Below, piece by piece: positions 6,760 to 11,364 of a stretch of 11,364 nucleotides of DNA. The stretch is from Myxococcales bacterium (GTDB lineage: Bacteria; Myxococcota; Myxococcia; Myxococcales; Anaeromyxobacteraceae). Made by a program: the position numbers and the translations under genes. Each line of letters begins with the position of its first letter. The first letter of the stretch is position 1. Location: positions 1 to 11,364 of the forward strand of contig JBBQEB010000126.1 in assembly GCA_038320275.1 (NCBI GenBank). The letters are read 5' to 3'. The notes under the pieces are model-generated. The model was not told where the DNA came from, searched no databases, and saw only the letters and a list, made by a program, of their open reading frames with translations.

Positions 6760-9700
6760 GTGAGATCCCCCATACGCATCGCCCTCCTGGCCGCCCTGGT
6801 GGCGGCCCCGCTCGCCCCTCGCGCGGCCGAGCCGCCCCCGCAGGCGAAGGACGCGGAGCTGGGGAAGAAGCGGACGTTCGCGCTCGACCGCTCGCTGGCC
6901 GGCTCCATCGAAGCGAAGGGAACGCCAGCGGAGGCTGTCGGGCCCCGGCTCGACTTCCAGTCGTTCCGGTACGGGGTGGAGGTGCAGGTCTCCGGAAAGC
7001 GACGCGAGGAGATGAACGACCTCGACCAGCTCATCCGGCTGGGCGGCTCCCAGACCGAGATGCCGGCGTGGATGTTCCGGCTGGCGGAGCTGCACTGGGA
7101 AGAGGCCCAGTACCTCTTCTTCGAGGCCAACCGGAAGGACGACGCCATCGCCGCCGCCAAGGCGAAGAGCGACTCCCCGGCGGTCGATCGGCTGCGCGCG
7201 GAGAAGGCGGCGCTCGACGATCGCTCGAAGGCGGAGGGCGCCGCGGCCATCGGGCGGTATCGCGAGATCGCGAAGCGGTTCCCGAACTACCCGCGGCTCG
7301 ACGAGGTCGTCTTCTTCCTGGGCGAGAACCTCTGGAAGGGGAACCACCGCAAGGAGGCCCTCGACGCCTACAAGGTGCTCATCACCCGCTTCCCCAAGTC
7401 GAAGTACGTGCCGGACGCCTGGATGGCCTTCGGCGAGCACTACTTCGACACCGCCGACAAGGGGAACCGCCAGCTCACGCTGCGCAAGGCGCTCGAGACC
7501 TACAAGCGCGCCGCCGCCTACACCGAGAGCAGCGTGTACGGCTACGCGCTCTACAAGCAGGCGTGGGTCTACTACAACCTCAACGCCTGGAACGAGGCGC
7601 TGGACCTCTTCAAGGCCGTCATCTACTTCGGCGACCTGCCCACCTCCACCATCGCGCCGGACAAGAAGCTCGCCCTGGCCCGGGAAGCGCGCAAGGACTA
7701 CGTCCGCACCTACAGTCACGTCGGCTCGGCCCGCGCGGCGGCGGACGATTTCGCGCGGGTGGGCGGCAAGGACGCGCGCGACATGCTGAGGGGCCTCGCC
7801 GCGCTGTACTTCGACGAGGGCAAGGACCGCGACGCCATCATCGTCTACCACGGGCTCATCGTCGCCGATCCCACCGCGGTGGACGCCCCGCTCTTCCAGT
7901 CGCGCATCGTCACGCTGGCGGGCCGCATGGGCCGCAAGGAGCTGGCGGTGCAGCAGGCCGCGCGCTTCGTCGACATGCTGCGCGACGTGGAGAAGCGCGC
8001 GTCGGACGACAAGGCGCGGGCCGCCCTCGCCGAGGCGCGCAAGGACGCCGAGAACACGCTCCGCACGCTGGCGGTGCAGTACCACTCCGAGTTCCGCAAG
8101 ACGCGCGAGGACGCGGTGGCGGTCCTCGCGGCCGAGCTGTACCGCATGCACCTCGCGGTCTTCCCCGACGCGCCCAAGGCCTACGAGCTGCGCTTCTTCC
8201 ACGCCGAGCTGCTCTATGCCCTCGAGAAGTTCTCCGAGGCGGGCGAGGAGTACCAGCGGGTGGCGCAGGGGGACATCGACCGCATGTCGCGGCGCGGGCC
8301 GGACGGCGCGCCCGGGAAGCCCGGAAAGTACCTCGTCGACGCGCTCGAGACCGCGGTGCAGTCGTTCGACGTGGTGGCGAAGCGGGCGGAGGCGAACGAG
8401 AAGCGGCCCACCGGCGACCCGAAGACGGAGCTCGCCATCCCCAAGGAGAAGGCGCAGCTCCTCGCCGCCTGCGAGGCCTACATGAAGTGGGCGCCCCAGG
8501 GCGAGCAGTCGGTGCAGATCGCCTACAAGGCGGCCAACGTCTACTACCGGTACAACCACTTCAAGGACGCGGTCCGGCTCTACACCTACGTCGCCGAGAA
8601 GCACCCGCGCCACGAGCTGGCCCGCTTCTCCGCGAACCTCGCGCTCGACGCCTACAACATCCAGGGCGACTGGAAGAGCGTCCACGCCACCGCCAAGCGC
8701 TTCTGGGACGACGGCGAGCTCATGCGCGCCCACCCGCAGCTCCGCGAGGATCTCTCGCGGGTCATCGAGGGCAGCGCGTTCAAGCTGGTGGAGGAGGCGG
8801 AGAAGAAGGGGCGCCACGGCGAGGCGGCGGAGGCCTACCTCGCCTTCGCGCGCGACTGGCCGGGATCGAAGCTGGCGCCCACCGCGCTCTTCAACGCCTC
8901 GGTGGACCTCGTGCGCGCGGGCCGCCTGGAGCGGGCCATGGGCGTCCGTGAGCAGCTCCTCGCGCGCTATCCGAGCGACCCGCTCGTCCCCAAGATCGTC
9001 TACACCAACGCCCAGGACCGCGAGGCGGTGGCCGACTTCGAGCGAGCCGCCTCGGACTACGAGCGCTACTTCGAGGGCTGGCGCAAGGCCGCGCGGCCCG
9101 CCGCCACGCCCGCGGCGCGCAGGCGCGGGGCAGCCCGCAAGCCCGCGGGCTCGGGGCCGCAGCCGTCCGGGGACGCCGCCGGCTTCCAGGAGGCGAGGGC
9201 GCGCGACGCCCTCTACGACGCTGGCGTCCTGCGCGAGGGGCTGGGCCAGTACGCCCGCGCCGAGAGCGACCGGCTGACCTTCGTGGAGGTGTGGCCCAAG
9301 GCTCCGGAGGCGGCCAAGGTGTTCCTCTCGGTGGCCGACCTTTACCGGCGTCAGAACGCGCACGGGAAGGAGCAGCGCCAGCTCGCGGAGTACCAGGAGC
9401 GCTTCGCCCGCGATCCTGACGACTGGCTGGCGGCGCAGGGGCGCATCGCCGCCGCGCACGCTCGCTCCAACGACGGTGCCGGCGAGCGGAGGGCCTACGA
9501 GGCGGCGCTCGCCTACTACGGCGCGCACCGGAGCGCGGTAGGGGAGCGCGGGATGCCGGTGGTGGCGCAGGCGCAGTACCTCGCGCTCGAGCCGTCCTTC
9601 CAGGGCTACGACAAGATCGACTTCGCCGTGCCCGGGCGGCTCTCCCCGCAGCGGCAGGTCAAGTGGCTGAAGGGCCAGCTGGAGGTGAAGACGCGCCGGC

Positions 9701-10323
9701 TCCTCGAGCTGCAGAAGGCGTACACCGCCGTCGTGAACACCAAGCAGGCGGAGCCGGCCGTCTGCGCCCTCTACAAGATCGGGCTCAGCTACAAGCGGTT
9801 CGCCCAGGCTCTGAGGGAAGCGCCCGTTCCCTCCGAGATCCGCCGCGACAAGGCGCTGGCGGACGAGTACCGCTCGCAGCTCGCGCAGCTCGCGGACCCT
9901 CCCGAGAAGAAGTCGGTGGAGGCGCTGGAGTACGCGATGACGAAGTCGCGGGAGCTCGGCGTCTCGAACGGCTGCTCCCGCGCCGCCACCGAGATCCTGG
10001 TGCGCTACAAGCCGGACCTGTACGGCCCGCCGCCGGAGCGCATCCCCGAGATTGCACCCTCCGCGGCCGCGGTCGCGGTCGCGAAGCCGGTGGGGCACGC
10101 GCTCCTCACCGCGCTGTACGTTCCGCCGCCGGCCGAGTCGGTACAGCGCGACGAGGGCGCGCTCGCCCCGCTGTCCCAGCCATCCGAACCTCGCGAGGCC
10201 GCCCGAGGGGGGCCCGTGAGGCCTGCCGCGGAGCTGCCGCTCGACGAGGGCGACGAGCCTCGCGCCCGATCGCGTCCCGCTCCTCTGCCGGCGCCGATCT
10301 CCGACGAGGACCTCCTGCCATGA
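6760..10323 (+). CDS. gltD: Gliding motility large periplasmic TPR protein GltD (AgmU)
   Basis: 1187 aa, GTG start, signal peptide MRSPIRIALLAALVAAPLAPRA. N-terminal MFRLAELHWEEAQY, many TPR units (FPNYPRLDEVVFFLG, FPKSKYVPDAWMAFGEHYF, YALYKQAWVYYN, LAREARKDYV), C-terminal AVCALYKIG...NGCS and a Pro-rich tail. Directly precedes a TPR lipoprotein, as gltD precedes gltE. Confidence 0.82.
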   Translation: MRSPIRIALLAALVAAPLAPRAAEPPPQAKDAELGKKRTFALDRSLAGSIEAKGTPAEAVGPRLDFQSFRYGVEVQVSGKRREEMNDLDQLIRLGGSQTEMPAWMFRLAELHWEEAQYLFFEANRKDDAIAAAKAKSDSPAVDRLRAEKAALDDRSKAEGAAAIGRYREIAKRFPNYPRLDEVVFFLGENLWKGNHRKEALDAYKVLITRFPKSKYVPDAWMAFGEHYFDTADKGNRQLTLRKALETYKRAAAYTESSVYGYALYKQAWVYYNLNAWNEALDLFKAVIYFGDLPTSTIAPDKKLALAREARKDYVRTYSHVGSARAAADDFARVGGKDARDMLRGLAALYFDEGKDRDAIIVYHGLIVADPTAVDAPLFQSRIVTLAGRMGRKELAVQQAARFVDMLRDVEKRASDDKARAALAEARKDAENTLRTLAVQYHSEFRKTREDAVAVLAAELYRMHLAVFPDAPKAYELRFFHAELLYALEKFSEAGEEYQRVAQGDIDRMSRRGPDGAPGKPGKYLVDALETAVQSFDVVAKRAEANEKRPTGDPKTELAIPKEKAQLLAACEAYMKWAPQGEQSVQIAYKAANVYYRYNHFKDAVRLYTYVAEKHPRHELARFSANLALDAYNIQGDWKSVHATAKRFWDDGELMRAHPQLREDLSRVIEGSAFKLVEEAEKKGRHGEAAEAYLAFARDWPGSKLAPTALFNASVDLVRAGRLERAMGVREQLLARYPSDPLVPKIVYTNAQDREAVADFERAASDYERYFEGWRKAARPAATPAARRRGAARKPAGSGPQPSGDAAGFQEARARDALYDAGVLREGLGQYARAESDRLTFVEVWPKAPEAAKVFLSVADLYRRQNAHGKEQRQLAEYQERFARDPDDWLAAQGRIAAAHARSNDGAGERRAYEAALAYYGAHRSAVGERGMPVVAQAQYLALEPSFQGYDKIDFAVPGRLSPQRQVKWLKGQLEVKTRRLLELQKAYTAVVNTKQAEPAVCALYKIGLSYKRFAQALREAPVPSEIRRDKALADEYRSQLAQLADPPEKKSVEALEYAMTKSRELGVSNGCSRAATEILVRYKPDLYGPPPERIPEIAPSAAAVAVAKPVGHALLTALYVPPPAESVQRDEGALAPLSQPSEPREAARGGPVRPAAELPLDEGDEPRARSRPAPLPAPISDEDLLP

Positions 10324-11364
10324 ACGCCATCGCACGCCGGCTGGCCCTCCTCCTGCTCGCGACCGCGGCCTGCGCGTCGGGCGGGAGCGCGGCCAAGCCC
10401 ACCTCGACGGCGTCCAACGCACCGGGCGCGAGCGCACCGCCCGGCCCGGGCCCCCGGAGCACCACGGCGGGCTCGGGCGCCGCGATCCCCGGCGCACCCG
10501 CGTCCGCCACGCCGCCCGGCGACCGGCCCCCCTCCGCGCGCGAGCTCTCGCCCAAGGCAAGGCGACTCTTCGACGAAGCCGTGGCGGCGCAGGGCGAGGC
10601 GGAGCGGCTCAAGATCCCCACCGACTGGGAGACCCTGGAGCGGCGCTGGCGGGCGGTGACCGAAGCCGAAGCGGTGCCCGAGGCGTGGTTCAATCTGGGG
10701 GTCGCACTGGAGCGGCGCCGCAAGCCCGACGAGGCCCGCGCCGCCTACCGCAGGGCGCTCGAGCTCGAACCCGCGCTGGCGCCTGCCGCGGTCAACCTCG
10801 CCCTTCTCGACGAGCCCAAGGACCCGCGCCAGGCCGCGCAGGTCTGGACCGAGGTGCTCCGGCGTCATCCCCAGGAGGCGCTGCCGCGCGTGCGGCTGGC
10901 GGCCATCTACCAGGACGCCGGCCAGCCCGACGAGGCCTGGCGCCTGGCGCGCGAGGCCCTGGTGCGCGACCCGCGCTCGGTGGGCGCCCACAAGGTCATG
11001 ATGAGGGTGGCCCTCCAGCGCGGGAACGTCGATCTCGCGCTCCTGCTGGCGCTCAAGGCGCAGAAGCTCGAGGCCGCCGACCCCGAGATCGTGGCCTTCG
11101 TGGGCGACGTCCTGGCGCGGCAGAAGGACGAGCCGGCCGCGCTCGTCCAGTGGAAGCGCGCGCTCGCGCTGAAGAGTGACTACCTGCCCGCCCGCTACGC
11201 CCTCCTGCGCGTGTCGCTCGCGAAGCAGGCCTGGGAGGCGGTGGCCGAGGAGTCGAAGGCGATCCTCGCAGCCGACCCCAGCGACGCGCGCGTGCAGCTC
11301 GCCCTGGGGGTCGCCTACCGCTACCTCGGGCAGCCGGACAAGGCGCTCGCCGCCTACGACCAGG
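10320..11364 (+). CDS. gltE: Gliding motility TPR-repeat lipoprotein GltE (AglT); 3' end outside the window
   Basis: Absent from the ORF track because it has no stop in the window. ATG at 10320 overlaps the gltD TGA (ATGA). MNAIARRLALLLLATAAC (lipid Cys at 10371-10373), Pro/Ala/Ser/Thr linker, then ARRLFDEAV...DWETLERRW...PEAWFNLGVALER...AYRRALEL...AAVNLA...ARVQLALGVAYRYLGQPDKALAAYDQ. Confidence 0.82.
   Translation, partial: MNAIARRLALLLLATAACASGGSAAKPTSTASNAPGASAPPGPGPRSTTAGSGAAIPGAPASATPPGDRPPSARELSPKARRLFDEAVAAQGEAERLKIPTDWETLERRWRAVTEAEAVPEAWFNLGVALERRRKPDEARAAYRRALELEPALAPAAVNLALLDEPKDPRQAAQVWTEVLRRHPQEALPRVRLAAIYQDAGQPDEAWRLAREALVRDPRSVGAHKVMMRVALQRGNVDLALLLALKAQKLEAADPEIVAFVGDVLARQKDEPAALVQWKRALALKSDYLPARYALLRVSLAKQAWEAVAEESKAILAADPSDARVQLALGVAYRYLGQPDKALAAYDQ

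Noticed and set aside
4912..6762. Possible stop read-through or selenocysteine fusion, since gltA (TGA), gltC (TAG) and gltD are in frame with stop-free spacers
   Set aside because: Each downstream gene has its own start and signal peptide, I see no convincing SECIS hairpin after the TGA, and two in-frame junctions occur by chance about 1 time in 9.
5943..8951. 1002-aa alternative-frame ORF overlapping gltC and gltD (also 4706..6007)
   Set aside because: Composition dominated by R/G/A/P, no domain motifs, and fully overlapping well-supported genes.
4075..10560. 2161-aa antisense ORF
   Set aside because: Codon-aligned shadow of gltA, gltC and gltD, which share one reading frame. These GC-biased genes avoid TTA/CTA/TCA, so the opposite frame lacks stops. 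The translation is R/G/V/L-rich with no recognisable motif.
3368..11364. Assignment as the Nfs spore-coat operon, or as generic BamD/TPR genes
   Set aside because: Gene order also fits nfsA-E, but the divergent cglC/gltK and motif similarity favour the gliding paralogue. Not fully excluded without a phylogeny.
1..11364. CRISPR arrays, tRNA/rRNA genes, IS elements, prophage or defence genes
   Set aside because: No spaced direct repeats, cloverleaf, transposase or integrase motifs, or obvious compositional shift were seen; the window is almost entirely coding.

Overview
Very GC-rich myxobacterial DNA (Anaeromyxobacter-like; inferred from gene content and codon usage) containing the start of a gliding-motility (Glt) locus. 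A + strand operon runs gltB-gltA-gltC-gltD-gltE (gltE truncated at the right edge). It is transcribed divergently from the lipoprotein gene cglC/gltK, which is translationally coupled to a DUF192 lipoprotein gene. In Myxococcus xanthus gltK-B-A-C and gltD-E-... lie at separate loci; here they are contiguous. To the left are a single-domain PilZ gene with intact c-di-GMP motifs and a multi-TM HEXXH gluzincin metallopeptidase gene (truncated at the left edge and absent from the ORF track). Non-coding features include a three-hairpin REP-like element between the convergent pilZ and DUF192 genes and a sigma70-like promoter with a 12-bp palindrome upstream of gltB. The most promising unexplored hypothesis is that peptidase, PilZ and DUF192 form an accessory module of the Glt machine. 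Gene names come from remembered similarity to M. xanthus proteins and gene order, not from a database search.
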